Source: Octopus vulgaris (taxonomy: Eukaryota). Taken from it: a stretch of 64,000 bases of DNA. Under the pieces are notes generated by a model. The model was not told the DNA's origin. It saw nothing but the letters and a program-made list of their open reading frames with translations, and did not search any database. Made by a program: the position numbers and the translations under genes. Each line of letters starts with the position of its first letter. Positions within the stretch are counted from its first letter, which is position 1. Below are positions 13,940 to 26,107 of this stretch, one piece after another. Location: positions 22,940,001 to 23,004,000 of the forward strand of contig OX597834.1 in assembly GCA_951406725.2 (NCBI GenBank), read 5' to 3'.

Positions 13940-14085
13940 ATATGCACGTGTTCCAGTAAAATGACTGACATTATTATGGAATGCAAATCTGTATAGATGT
14001 GTGTATATATATATATATGCACGTTTACATATATGTATGTTTACGTGAAGGTGTTTCAGGACATTTGCTAACGAACATGCCTTTA

Positions 14086-14118
14086 CGCGCATGCTCCGAC
14101 TTCAGCCTGCCATTGTCT
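14086..14118 (+). promoter_or_regulatory. ZF3 promoter box (NRF1-like)
   Basis: cgcgcatgctcc...tgccattgtc, ~240 nt upstream of the donor at 14325. Confidence 0.65.
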
Positions 14119-14662
14119 AAGAAAGATAGTCAATAATATTTCAATCGAACAAAGTCTTAAGAATAATATATTAATTTGAAATAATAATCGAAAAAGAATA
14201 TTTACCTATCATATATTCATACACTCAGATATATATATAACGGTAAGACTTCTCTGTTGATTAACTCCATTGTCTACCTACCAGTGACCACCACCACTGA
14301 TTCGTAATAACTGATTTATACGTGGTATCTTTCATGTTTTCTTCATTCAATCGAGTTTTCTCGACCTCTTACTATAATGTTCTGTGATCTTTGTACTTAA
14401 TGTTTTGTTATTGTTTTAATACTATGTAGTATTCACTTTGTTTATAATTTGGGGGATATTTTAAATTCAATTAACATTTATTTTTAGTGTTGTTGCTGTT
14501 AACTTATCTTCCAATTTAAATAATTCGTACTGTTTTCGGTTACTGTTTACAATATTACCTGGAAACGAAATTTTAAAAAATGTAGTGCAACGGGTGCAGA
14601 AAAAAAATATCTAGGAAACAAATATGAAAACAAAGATGCGCGGAAAGCAATGAGATGAGGAG

Positions 14663-14895
14663 AGGACTTCGGAAAATTCACAACATCCGAGTTTCTCCCC
14701 CCATAACTTTTAGGAAAATGGGTTTTTTAAATGAATTTCACATAAATACCTTTCAAACGACATACATTAGTTATAAAATCTTTTCTGAGGAGGTAGGGAG
14801 AGGAAGGACTTGGGAAAATTCACAAGATCCGAAGTTTTCGCCCTTAAATTTGAGGAAAATATCTTTTAATACCTTTCAAATGACATGCATTACGG
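14663..14895. repeat. Two tandem ~140-bp units of a dispersed repeat
   Basis: ggact(tc/tg)ggaaaattcacaa...aatacctttcaaa occurs twice. Related reverse-complement copies lie at ~43897-43990 and ~46485-46740. Confidence 0.6.
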
Positions 14896-15075
14896 ATGCC
14901 TAATGTGTCGTAAACCCCTTATTTTTGTTCGGAAAAAAGGGTGGGTGGGGGCAAAAAATGCGTTTTGAAGGTGATGTGCGAAACTGCGTTAGTTTCTTTT
15001 CTTTACCCATAGTTTAAGATAACATTTTGCAGAAATACATTTTCTAGAGTGTAGATTACACTAGATTACAAATTT

Positions 15076-15494
15076 AGGATCTTTTCGGTTTGAACGGCAG
15101 TTTTTTCTAGCGGTGTCATATGAAATTGTCACCCATAATTATGACCCTAGTATCGATCTATTGCATTTCAATCTATTTTAGGGTTAGGGTTAGGAGTGGG
15201 GGGAAGGGTATATTTTTTCTTCACAAATGTAAATAAGCCAAATCTGTTTCTTAAACGAGGGACATATTCATACGGCACAAAATGTGTTCACCTCAATAGA
15301 CGTCAGTGATTGGTTGAGATTGCAGAAATTGAAGAAAAAAAAGACAACAGATATCTTACAAACAATAGAATTTTCTCAATAAAGCCAAGAGAAAAAGATG
15401 TTTTATAAACACATTCTACCAGTATACGAAGTTTAAAATTATTTAGTTACCTAGAAATTATGTTAAAAACTGCCGTTCAAACCGAAAAGATCCT
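15076..15494. mobile_element. Second, shorter copy of the inverted-repeat element, in the ZF3 intron
   Basis: TIR aggatcttttcggtttgaacggcagttttt / aaaaactgccgttcaaaccgaaaagatcct, internal ttagggttagggttagg. The right end matches 13345-13466. Confidence 0.85.
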
Positions 15495-15604
15495 CAATTC
15501 AAACATGTTTGAAAAGAATAATAAGTGAAAATGCTAAAGTTATAAAAATCAGTGGTAACGACGTCTGGACAAGAGAGAGAGAATGACAGCAAATCTTCAC
15601 AAAA

Positions 15605-15712
15605 ACCACATGGTTCTCGGTTCAGTCCCACTGCATGGCACCTTGGGTAAGTGTCTTCTATAGCCTTGGGCCAACCAAAGCCTTCTGAGCGGATTTGGTA
15701 GACGGAAACTGT
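15605..15712 (+). mobile_element. Second tRNA-derived SINE family (partial)
   Basis: B-box-like ggttcagtccc followed by ggcaccttgggtaagtgtctt. A reverse copy lies at ~38620-38740. Confidence 0.7.
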
Positions 15713-16374
15713 GCAAACTTTAAAAGCTATTAACTTCTTATTTATTAATTAATGGCAAGAATGAATTTCATTTCCATAATTAGCCTACAAAACTACATCA
15801 ATACACCAAATTGAAATCAGTGGGAACAAACCTGAATAAATTGAAAAGTGAAAGCCAAACAAAAGATCCATAATCTATAAATATGTAGACTTCACACAGG
15901 ATTGTATGATGTAATTTTAGTAGAAAATTAAAAAGTAAATGTTGATTGGATCATGTAAAAGATTGTATTTACAATATATCAATATTTTCTGCTGATGAAT
16001 GTCTACATTTAATTAACTCGTATATCTTATACTATTTCTATATTATTTCAGATTATCAAAAGTCATTGGTCTGAAAGAATTTGTTTAGATGCATCACCAA
16101 TATTTATTTATCATTTAAAGACTGAAGGAAGTTGTGATACCAAATAAATATGGTTCTGTTTGGATAAATCTGTGGTGGAATATCTGGGAAATGTATTTTC
16201 CAAAGTGAGATTAGTAGCTTAGAATATATGCAGAGATTTGCATTTTCATTGAACTTGGAGAAGTGAACAAAGAAGTGCAAACCATCTCCATATATAAACA
16301 AAGATCAAAGTTGATGGAAATATCGAAGAAACAGTAAAAAATAAAATATAGGAACTGGTGAGAGAAAAAGAATT

Positions 16375-19300
16375 ATGGAAAATGAATTCTATGAGACACC
16401 AATTAAAATTGAAAATGAATTATGCGGGACACCGATTATAATTAAAAATGAATTATATGAGACACCAGTTAAAATTAAAACAGAGTCTGAAAGGATTGGT
16501 TTTCATAATGAATTGCAGCAAGAGACAGAAGAAACCTCTACACACAGTAATATTTTTGGTATATCAATCTCTGAAACAAGTCCTAAAGCTGCTCACAGTT
16601 CTATTCATGCAGAAAACAAACCACATTGTGATATCTGTGGTAAATCATTCTCTAACAAAAATGCTCTAACTGCACACAAACGCATCCATACTGGAGAAAA
16701 GCCATATCACTGTAATATCTGTGGTAAATCATTCTCTCAAAATAGTGCCCTAACTGTACACAAACGTACTCATACAGGGGAAAGGCCATATCACTGTGAT
16801 ATCTGTGGTAAATCTTTCTCTCAAAGAAATAATTTAACTATACATAAAAGCATTCATATAGGACAGAAACCATATTGTGATATCTGTGGTAAATCTTTCT
16901 CTCAAAGAATTCATCTAACTTTACATAAAAACATCCATACAGGTGAGAAGCCATATTCTTGTGATGTCTGTGGTAAATCATTCTCTGCAACAGTTCACTT
17001 AACTTCACACAAGATTGTTCATACGAAAGAAAAACCACACCACTGTGAAATCTGTGGTAAATCATTTTCTGCACTAGCTCACTTAACTACACACAAAATT
17101 GTTCATACAGGAGAAAAACCTTATCACTGTGAAGTCTGTGGGAAATCCTTCTCTCAAAGAATTCACTTGACTTTTCACAAAAGCATACATACAGGACTAA
17201 GACCATATTCTTGTAATTTCTGTGGTAAATCATTTTCTCGAAATCAAGACTTAACTAAGCATAAACGCATTCATTCTGGAGAAAAGCCATTTCCCTGTGA
17301 AATCTGTGGCAAATCATTCTTTACAAGGAGTGATTTAAATAAGCACAAGCGTGTTCATACAGGGGAGAAGCCATATCAATGTAATATCTGTGGTAAGTCA
17401 TTTTCTGGAAGTAGTCACTTAATTACTCACAAACGTACACATACAGGAGAGAAACCATATCACTGTGATATCTGTGGTAAATCATTCTCTGAAGGAAGAA
17501 CCTTAACTACTCACAAACGTATTCATACTGGTGAGAAGCCTTATTCATGTACTATTTGCAGTAAATCCTTCTCTGATAGAAATGCATTAAATAAACACAA
17601 ACAGATTCATACAGTAGAGAAGCAATACCAATGTGATATCTGTGGTAAATCGTTTTCTGGAGATAGTAACTTAATTGAACACAAATTTATTCATGCAGGA
17701 GAAAAGCAATATTCATGTGATATTTGTAGCAAATCATTCACTGATAAAACTGCTTTTACTACACACAAGGGCACACATAGTTATGAGAAGCCATATCATT
17801 GTGATATCTGTGGTAAATTTTTTTTGGAAAGCCGGAACTTAACTACCCACATACGTATTCATACTGGAGAAAAGCCATATCACTGTGATATTTGTGGTAA
17901 ATCATTTTCTGGAAGGAGTAACTTGACTACTCACAAAAGAGTACATACAGGTGAAAAGCCATATCGCTGTGATATTTGTGGAAATTCATTCTCTCGTAGA
18001 GATGTTTTAACTACACATGAACGAATTCATACAGGAGAGAAGCCATATCATTGTGATATCTGTGGTAAATCATTCTCTCATCGAAATGTCTTATCTTCAC
18101 ACAAACGTATTCATGCAGGACAGAAGTCATATAGCTGTGACATCTGTGGTAAATCATTCTCTCATGCAGGAACCTTAACTAGTCACAAACATATTCATTC
18201 TGAAGAGAAGCATTATCCATGTGATAAATGTAGTAAATCATTCACTGATAGGAATGCCTTAACTATACACAAATTCATTCATAGGAACGAGAAGCCATAT
18301 CATTGTGATATCTGTGGTAAATTATTTTTAGAAAACCGTAACTTAACTACCCATATATGTACTCATACAAGGGAGAAGCCATATCACTGTGATATTTGTG
18401 GTAAATCATTTTCTGGAAGGAGTAACTTAACTACTCACAAGCGTATACATACAGGTGAGAAGCCATATCGCTGTGATGTTTGCGGTGACATGTTTGCTCG
18501 AAGAGATGTCTTAACTACACATGAACGAATTCATACTGGAGAGAAGCCATATCATTGTGATATCTGTGGTAAATCATTCTCTCATAGAAATGTCTTAAAT
18601 AATCACAAGCATATTCATGCAACAGAGATACCATATAGTTGTAATATCAGTGATAAATCATCCTCTCAAACAGAAACCTTAACTACTCAGAACCATACTC
18701 ATACAGAACAAGAACAATATCAATGTGATATTTGTGGTAAATCATTCCATAGAAGTAGTTACTTAATTTCTCATAAACGCAGTCATACTGGGGAGAAACC
18801 ATTTTCATGTGCTATTTGTGGTAAATCATTCTCTCATAGAAATGTCTTAAGTAGACACAAGCGGATTCATACAGGAGAGAAGCCATATCACTGTGATATC
18901 TGCAGTAAATCATTTTCTAGAAGTAGTAGTTTAACAAAACACAGCTATATTCATACAGGAGATAAACCATATCCTTGTGACATCTGTGGTAAATCCTTCT
19001 CTGGAGGTAATGACTTAAGTACTCATATACGTATTCATACTGGAGAGAAACCATTTCAGTGTGATATTTGTAGTAAATCATTCACTCGCAAACATATCTT
19101 AATTATGCATAAAAATATTCATACAGGGAAGAAACCATATGATTGTAATATCTGTGGTAAACCATTCTCTCGAACAGGTGATTTAACTAAACATAAACGT
19201 ATTCATACAGGAGAGAAACCACATCACTGCGATATCTGTGGTAAACCATTCTCTCATAGTAATGCCCTAACGATACACAAACGCATGCATACAGGAGAGA

Positions 19301-19812
19301 GACCATATTCTTGTGATATTTGTAGTAAATCGTTCACTTCAAAGAGTAAATTAACTGTACACAAACGCATTCATACAGGAGAGAAACCATATCATTGTGA
19401 TATCTGTGGGAAATCATTCTCTCAAAGCAGTGACTTAACTACTCACAAATTTATTCATACAGGTGACACACCATATCACTGTGATGTCTGTGGTAAATCA
19501 TTTTCTAGAAGGGGTCACTTAACTACTCACAAGTATATTCATACTGGAGGGAAACCATATCTCTGTGATATCTGTGGTAAATCATTTGCGCTAAGTAGTG
19601 AGTTAGCTAAACATATGCGTACTCACACAGGAGAAAAGCCATATCCCTGTGATATTTGCGGTAAATCATTTTCTCGAAGTAGTTACTTGATAACACATAA
19701 ACGCATTCATACTGGAGAGAAACCATATGCCTGTGATATCTGTGGTAAATCATTCTCTCAGGGAAGTAGCTTAACAACTCATAAGCAAATTCATACAGGA
19801 GAGAAACAATAA
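16375..19812 (+). CDS. C2H2 zinc-finger protein ZF3, 1145 aa, 38 finger units (1 degenerate)
   Basis: Long intact single-exon ORF; three N-terminal 11-aa repeats. Confidence 0.95.
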   Translation: MENEFYETPIKIENELCGTPIIIKNELYETPVKIKTESERIGFHNELQQETEETSTHSNIFGISISETSPKAAHSSIHAENKPHCDICGKSFSNKNALTAHKRIHTGEKPYHCNICGKSFSQNSALTVHKRTHTGERPYHCDICGKSFSQRNNLTIHKSIHIGQKPYCDICGKSFSQRIHLTLHKNIHTGEKPYSCDVCGKSFSATVHLTSHKIVHTKEKPHHCEICGKSFSALAHLTTHKIVHTGEKPYHCEVCGKSFSQRIHLTFHKSIHTGLRPYSCNFCGKSFSRNQDLTKHKRIHSGEKPFPCEICGKSFFTRSDLNKHKRVHTGEKPYQCNICGKSFSGSSHLITHKRTHTGEKPYHCDICGKSFSEGRTLTTHKRIHTGEKPYSCTICSKSFSDRNALNKHKQIHTVEKQYQCDICGKSFSGDSNLIEHKFIHAGEKQYSCDICSKSFTDKTAFTTHKGTHSYEKPYHCDICGKFFLESRNLTTHIRIHTGEKPYHCDICGKSFSGRSNLTTHKRVHTGEKPYRCDICGNSFSRRDVLTTHERIHTGEKPYHCDICGKSFSHRNVLSSHKRIHAGQKSYSCDICGKSFSHAGTLTSHKHIHSEEKHYPCDKCSKSFTDRNALTIHKFIHRNEKPYHCDICGKLFLENRNLTTHICTHTREKPYHCDICGKSFSGRSNLTTHKRIHTGEKPYRCDVCGDMFARRDVLTTHERIHTGEKPYHCDICGKSFSHRNVLNNHKHIHATEIPYSCNISDKSSSQTETLTTQNHTHTEQEQYQCDICGKSFHRSSYLISHKRSHTGEKPFSCAICGKSFSHRNVLSRHKRIHTGEKPYHCDICSKSFSRSSSLTKHSYIHTGDKPYPCDICGKSFSGGNDLSTHIRIHTGEKPFQCDICSKSFTRKHILIMHKNIHTGKKPYDCNICGKPFSRTGDLTKHKRIHTGEKPHHCDICGKPFSHSNALTIHKRMHTGERPYSCDICSKSFTSKSKLTVHKRIHTGEKPYHCDICGKSFSQSSDLTTHKFIHTGDTPYHCDVCGKSFSRRGHLTTHKYIHTGGKPYLCDICGKSFALSSELAKHMRTHTGEKPYPCDICGKSFSRSSYLITHKRIHTGEKPYACDICGKSFSQGSSLTTHKQIHTGEKQ

Positions 19813-21194
19813 TTCTGTGGTGTATCATTCTCTTGTAATCATTTCTTACTTACATCTGTATTTCTTCATGCAAAAAAAGTAATCCCCTGAAAAAGTATCT
19901 AACCATAAGTGTATTCACATAAGAAAGAAAATAAAGCAGTGTGATAAGCTCCCAACACTATCATCATCATCATGAACATCCATTCAATGCTGGCATGGAT
20001 TGAAGAGTTTGAGGGGATTTGATCAGTTTGGGACAGCATCATGTGCCAATGTTTGCTATGGCATGATTTTTCTGCTGGATTGTCTTTTTAATGCCATGCA
20101 CTTTACAGAGTATACTGTGTGCTATTTTCATGACACCAGCTCTTGTCAGATTTCCACACACCCTGCAAGACCAAAATCCTTTTTAATTGAGTGGAGCTAC
20201 AGTTGAGAGAGAGGAGGAATAACTTTATGCTAGGATATGAGGGAGCAGAGCAGAATGAGTTTGTTGCTGTGAAGGAGATCTCACGTTATAGAATACTAGG
20301 TGGGAATGATTGGATGGAACTGGAAAGTGATAAAAATAATGGTAATGAGGTGCTAGGGTAGATTTTTTTCAATACAAAATGAGTAGAAATGAGTGGGGTC
20401 AGAAATATAGGGAATGTTAATGGTTACAGCTTGCAATATGGAGAGTAAGAGACGGTTGCAGATTTGTGAATGGATAATGGTATGAATGTAAGTGTTGTGG
20501 AATGATGTGTCGGAAGGAAGAGTTTGGTTAAGTTGGAGAATGTATGTAGAGTATGGCACTTAAGTGGTGGGGATAATCAATGATATATATCAGTTTAGGG
20601 GAGATAAGTGAAGAACAGCACAATAATAATAGACATGGGTAGGGTGTGAGATGACATCTTGTTGGGTAGGTTGCAAGAATGTGACAAGAGAAGCAGGTGT
20701 AATGCATGGGGAGAGTGTAGGATATATAGTGGTGGAGAAGGAGAGATAATTTGGTGGCACAGAAGGGTGATCAATGTAAAATGTTGGTGGAGAAGGACAG
20801 TATTAACAATGAAAATGGACATCAAGTGAAATGATTCTGGGTAGTGAGAAAGATAAATGGTTTCAAGAAAAAGCTTAAAGCATGCAGTTAAGCAGGTGAT
20901 AGTGGAGTGAGGTCTGTGATTGAAAATGATGAGTGGTGGAAGTAGCTTGAGAAGGAAATTGGGTGAGGGGCCTAGTTGTGCTTCTATATACATTGTCTTC
21001 AGAGTTTCAGTTTCATTGGGATGGGTTGGGGTTTTTAAGTATTGCATGTTGCCAGTCATTCTAGTATTCTGTCATCTCTGCCATAAGGTTAAAGATCCTG
21101 GTACCAGCTTTCATTATCTTCCTCTTCTACAGATTCTATTCTCATGAAGTGATTGGCACTTCTGTCCTCATTCATATGCATCACATACCTATAA

Positions 21195-21520
21195 AAGTAC
21201 TCTTTTCTTTCTTGCACACCATATCTGCTTCTCATGCCCAGTTTTTTTTCTCAATACATTTGTACTTTGTCATTCATGTACACTTAACGTTGCACATTTA
21301 ATGGAGCATACTAGCTCAATTTAAAGCCCATTTCTCACTACATTGTAATTCTGTCACAAGCATCATATGCTTTTGCCTTCATTCTGAGGAAAAAATACCT
21401 TTGTTGCTAGCAGTGGTAGTAACTCACTCAAGTTTTTTCAACCTTTTCTTACTCTGAATACTACACTTTAAGAGCAACCACCTCCCCTGCTAATTATGTT
21501 TCCTTAGTAAAAACATATAT
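21195..21520 (-). mobile_element. Highly decayed RTE family A fragment
   Basis: Reverse complement resembles 32590-32900. Confidence 0.5.
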
Positions 21521-23369
21521 ACTCAATATATTTGATGTCTAATTTGCTTATCCCAATAATTGCTTCTATACCTGCTCAACCTGATGCCTCTTGCAGCCTT
21601 TCTTTAACCTTGTGGAATGATCCCCTGTAAAGACATCAGAATCTAAGTTGAATACTACTAAGTGTCTTCTATACAGAGAATACCTGGATCTCATCTATGA
21701 ACTATATATATATATATATTAACAAAGAAAATGGAATAACACTTTTTATTGCATAATCCTCTAATCGTTTCATCACCATTCTACCAGAAAATCATTGCTT
21801 AAATATTATATAAATGAAATAATACATCATATCAATATTATTCCAGCGGTACTGGCAAGTGATAGTTCTTCAGGTGTATCAACTAACAACTTGCTGTTTG
21901 CTCAACCAAACCTTATTCCACAGAATATATGCCTCACATTGATAATGTTATAATTATTTCATTAGCATATAACAGAACAATGACACACACACAAACATGG
22001 ATACAAATGCATGCGCAGATAAGGATACACATCTTAGAAGAACAGAGAGGAGCAAGAGCACACAAAAACAAAAAGTGTCGCTGAAGAGGTCACAGATGTG
22101 TGAAGAAAGCTTTCCGGACATATACAAGCAAAGCCATTGCTGGAAAGATTCATTGTAATGAGTCATTGACAATGCAAAGTGAGGCCGTTGCTGAAAAGAA
22201 TCATTGATAAAGCAACACACAAGCATACACACACACCATCCTACCAAATATTAAAAACACAGACACATTTACATACACCACAATAAACCCTGGGACCAAT
22301 CAAAAACAACCCACACAGAGAAACAAACACATGTATATACACACACACACCATTCTGACCTTTCAGACCAGTCCCAAAAAACACTGAACCGTGAAAGACT
22401 AGAGGGAAACAGTAAAAATTTCCTTTCAATTCCACATTGCTCCTCCTTCCCTCCACCCAAACCAATCTCCTACACTGTCCCCTACAATAGTAGTCTGCCT
22501 TTATTTAGCTTCACAGAAAACAAAAAATGGTAAAACAGGTCATTTCATCTCAAATTCTTTGTAAACTAAGTATACCACCAAAATATGACCTTTTTGAACT
22601 TACAATTTTCTGTGTATGTATATATATAGATACTTCCAAACAAACATGATTTTTAATGAAATCCTAATATTTTCAATGAATTTTTTAATATTTTCTCAAG
22701 ATTTTTCCTTGTAAACTGTTTTAACATTTTTCTTATTATTATCGAAGAATGTATATATATATTGTAATAATTTGTGACAACCTGTACTTAACACAACAAA
22801 GCTTTTACATTTTACTTTTGACAATCTTCTTCTAAAAAAGTGAAACCAGTCAAATGAATAAACACCTTTAAAATTACATTTTCAAACCTTCTTTCATTTA
22901 TATTTCCACTCATGCAGTATCCTACAACCTCACTTTGTTGTATATATATAAATGGTAAGAAATTCTTGGGATAGCTCAACTGTAGGTCTTCAAAGGGGAA
23001 ACCACCCTCAGGTAAGTGTTTCAGCAGTTAACTTTTTACACTGAAAGGGAAACAGGCCACATCCTAGTCATTACTCATGGGTGTCCTTCTGCTAACACTT
23101 TTTAACAACTTGAATGTCAGAGACAAGTTGTGCATTTACATATATATGCATATACACATATATAGTTTACTGTTCAATTATATGTAGGATAAACTAAAAA
23201 AGTACTCCATCCGGTGAGAGAGAAATATAATTGAATATAAACGGTATGAAAATGTGAGCTACTTATAGTTTCATGCCATGTAGATATGGTAATTTGGTAG
23301 ATTTATATAATGTACCTTGAATATTCAAGCAATCTTTCAGGATGCTGATATATGAGAAAATACATTTTC

Positions 23370-24205
23370 ATAGTTGGGCAACTGCAAGAAAGCTATTTAG
23401 CGAAGAATAAGCTGTTGTTCTTGGTATTTGTTGATCTAGAGAAATCCTACAATAAAGTACCTTGCTGTGAGATATGGTGGCCTCTAAAGAAGCTAGGGAT
23501 AGATTAACAGTCTGTGAAAGTGGTACAGGCCATGTGCAGGGGCACTGTGATTAAGTTAAGTGTTAATCACAAGTACAGTGATGAATTTAGTATACAGGTA
23601 GGTGTACATCAAAGCCTGGTTCTTGGGACCCCTCCCATTCATCATCATCATTCAGGTTATAACAAGAATGGAAACTACCATATGCCGATTTTCTTGCTCT
23701 CATACCAGAATCTCTAACCAAACTGGGAAAGATATTCCAGGTGAGGAAGCAAAAGCTGGAATTGAAGGGTGTTAAAGTTAACTTAGAGAAGACCAAGGTC
23801 TTAGTAAGCAAGAAAACAGACAGGAATCTATCCACTTCAGGTAAATGACCCTACTTGATATGTAGGAATGGTGCAGGCACGAATTCCATGTAGTGCACCC
23901 AGTCCAAGCTATGGACACACAGGAAGATTATCAGAAAGAAGTGCTCATGTGTGGAAGATGTACAGGATCTATAAAGTCTACAGATACATGGGAAATTCGT
24001 TTTCACAAATGCCCCAGAGGTTCTCTAAAGGTTCTAGCTAATTGCTGTTAACCTCATTAGCAGTGGAGGGGTGTTCTGAAAGTGTAATTGCTAGAACAGA
24101 ACCAAAGAATTCATAGAGCTTTTACCTCTGTTGGCAACCAAAGGTCTCTCTTTCTACAAACAGCAATGTTAAATGGTAGTGACACATGGGCTTTAAATGC
24201 AAAGA
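23370..24205 (+). mobile_element. RTE family A LINE fragment
   Basis: LVFVDLEKS, VGVHQSLVLG and KVNLEKTKVLVS, plus remnants of the Cys-rich insert. Confidence 0.85.
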
Positions 24206-24622
24206 CTAGTATTGAAGGCCAATCTTAAGCTACTGAGTCTTAAGGAGAGGATGACAAAGGACCAAGATATCTAATGTCTTGCTTTGCTTAAGAAAATCTG
24301 GTCACCACAACTATCAATATCCTAAAACCTTGGTAAGTGTTTGTATTCCATTTTCCTTGCCTGCTCGAGAAACCCGGGTCCGTGTGTATCACACCAGGCT
24401 AGAGATGGGAACAATGATTTTCCCTTCGCAAATACTGATCGGACACAGACAGTGTGTCGTTAGCCAGCTGGAGATGTCTTACTGGGGTTACAAACTCCAG
24501 TAGCATCATCCCATATGAGTCTGTCACATTTATGTGGCAAATATACTTCATGATGTTGTGCTGCTACTAGTTACATCTCGCCCAGAGATTTAATATTGAT
24601 ATATATATATATATAAATATAA

Positions 24623-24883
24623 GGGGGAGATAAATATGACTTCACTCAAAAAATGAACGGTAACAAACAGATTTGCTCTTTTTACAACGCTTGCAGTAAT
24701 GTCTTGACGTGTTGTAAGGCCACATGGCGATTTACAATTTTCCCAGGCGTACATATTCATAAATAGTCGATACCGTGCCGACCACTGAAGAATGTTGTCT
24801 CCAGCGTTTCCTAATTGAATGACAGTCCACGAGTCCTCAAAGATTGATTCATCCCTTGCTGCCTTTTACTACTTATCTCCCCC
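24623..24883. mobile_element. MITE, Kolobok-like termini (GG...CC at a TTAA-type target)
   Basis: ataa|gggggagataa ... ttatctccccc|ttaa. Located ~160 nt upstream of the ZF4 promoter box; a related end sits at ~6184. Confidence 0.65.
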
Positions 24884-24950
24884 TTAATTATTTACTTTTT
24901 TAACGAAACTGAAAACTCATATATATATATATATATACATATTTTATATA

Positions 24951-24987
<37 letters not shown>

Positions 24988-25043
24988 TTCATACGCAGTT
25001 TTACATGACAGTAAAAATGACTATCTCTACTAATACATCGTTA

Positions 25044-25086
25044 TGCGCATGCTCAACCGGATATTAATTTAGGACGGCCATCGATA
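25044..25086 (+). promoter_or_regulatory. ZF4 promoter box (NRF1-like + CCGGAT)
   Basis: tgcgcatgctcaaccggatat...ggccatcgat. Confidence 0.7.
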
Positions 25087-25273
25087 AAGGAAATTTAGTT
25101 TATACTTAGCTCGAATCGAGTCTTTCTAAAGAATAATTTATGTAGCATAAATTTAAATGATTGAAATGCTGTAATATTTGCCTCCTATATATACACGATA
25201 TAAATATACTTATAACAGAAACCCTTCTCCATTGATGAACATACATGACCACCACCAATGACTTTCTAATAAG

Positions 25274-25791
25274 GTATTTTTTTCCCATATTTTCTTCCTT
25301 GAATCGCCTTTTCTAATATCAATATAATGTTTGGTGATCTCTAAATGTAACATGTCACTTCTATATTTTCATGTCTGCCACCTTTACAGATTGTAAGTTG
25401 GCTGATATTGATTTTTTCAAAATGATGCCTTTTATGGTAACCTAAGTCCATGAAGCTTGTCATGCCCTTTATGGAAATATGATTAGGCTGTGGTTTCTAA
25501 ACTAGGTATCTATAAAAGGTTATTCTAATCTAGACAGAACTTGCTACAAGCTTAACAACAGACCAATAACGAGTGATTTTTTTTTTTTGCAGAGAACTAA
25601 ATGTTATTGTTTACTATTGTAAATATGTAAATTTCATAGAATGTTGTAGGGTGTATTTTGTATAGAAATTTAAGAAGTAAAGATGAATGCATATATTTAC
25701 AATGTATCAATTTAGAAATGTGTATTTTCTTCTGTTGAATCTCTATTTTTGACTATCCCTGATATCTTATACTATTTCTTTATTATTTCAG
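25274..25791 (+). other. Predicted 5'UTR intron of ZF4
   Basis: Donor ctaataag|gtattttt and acceptor tttattatttcag|. Confidence 0.7.
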
Positions 25792-26107
25792 AATACTAGA
25801 TGTCATTGTCATAAAAGAATTTCTTTAGATGCATCATCAGTATTTATCATTTAAAGACTAAAGAAAGTTGTGATACCAAACAGATATGATCCTGTTGATA
25901 TAATCTGTAGTGGAATATCTGGGAAATATTTTCTCTGAAGTGAGATTAGTTTCGCATACAAACAGAGATTTGCCTTCTTAATAAACTTTTGAGAAATTAA
26001 TAAGCAAGTATGAACCATCTTCAGATATCAACAAAAATCCAAATTGATGGAAATATAGAAGTGGGAGTTAAGAATAACTCAATGTAAGTAGTGGTGAGAG
26101 AAGAATT

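Larger units (their letters stand above)
14325..16051 (+). other. Predicted 5'UTR intron of ZF3
   Basis: Donor tgatttatacgtg|gtatct and acceptor tattatttcag|. Confidence 0.65.

Noticed and set aside
16627-19800. 84-bp periodic repeat with variable cores resembling a CRISPR-like array
   Set aside because: Fully explained by tandem C2H2 finger coding; eukaryotic context and no cas genes.
20595-21059. 154-aa ORF
   Set aside because: Low-complexity translation of a purine-biased decayed repeat that is also seen at ~8400-9160; no domain.
21740-22250. Possible Penelope-like terminal remnants and short direct repeats
   Set aside because: Too degenerate to support a call without a database search.
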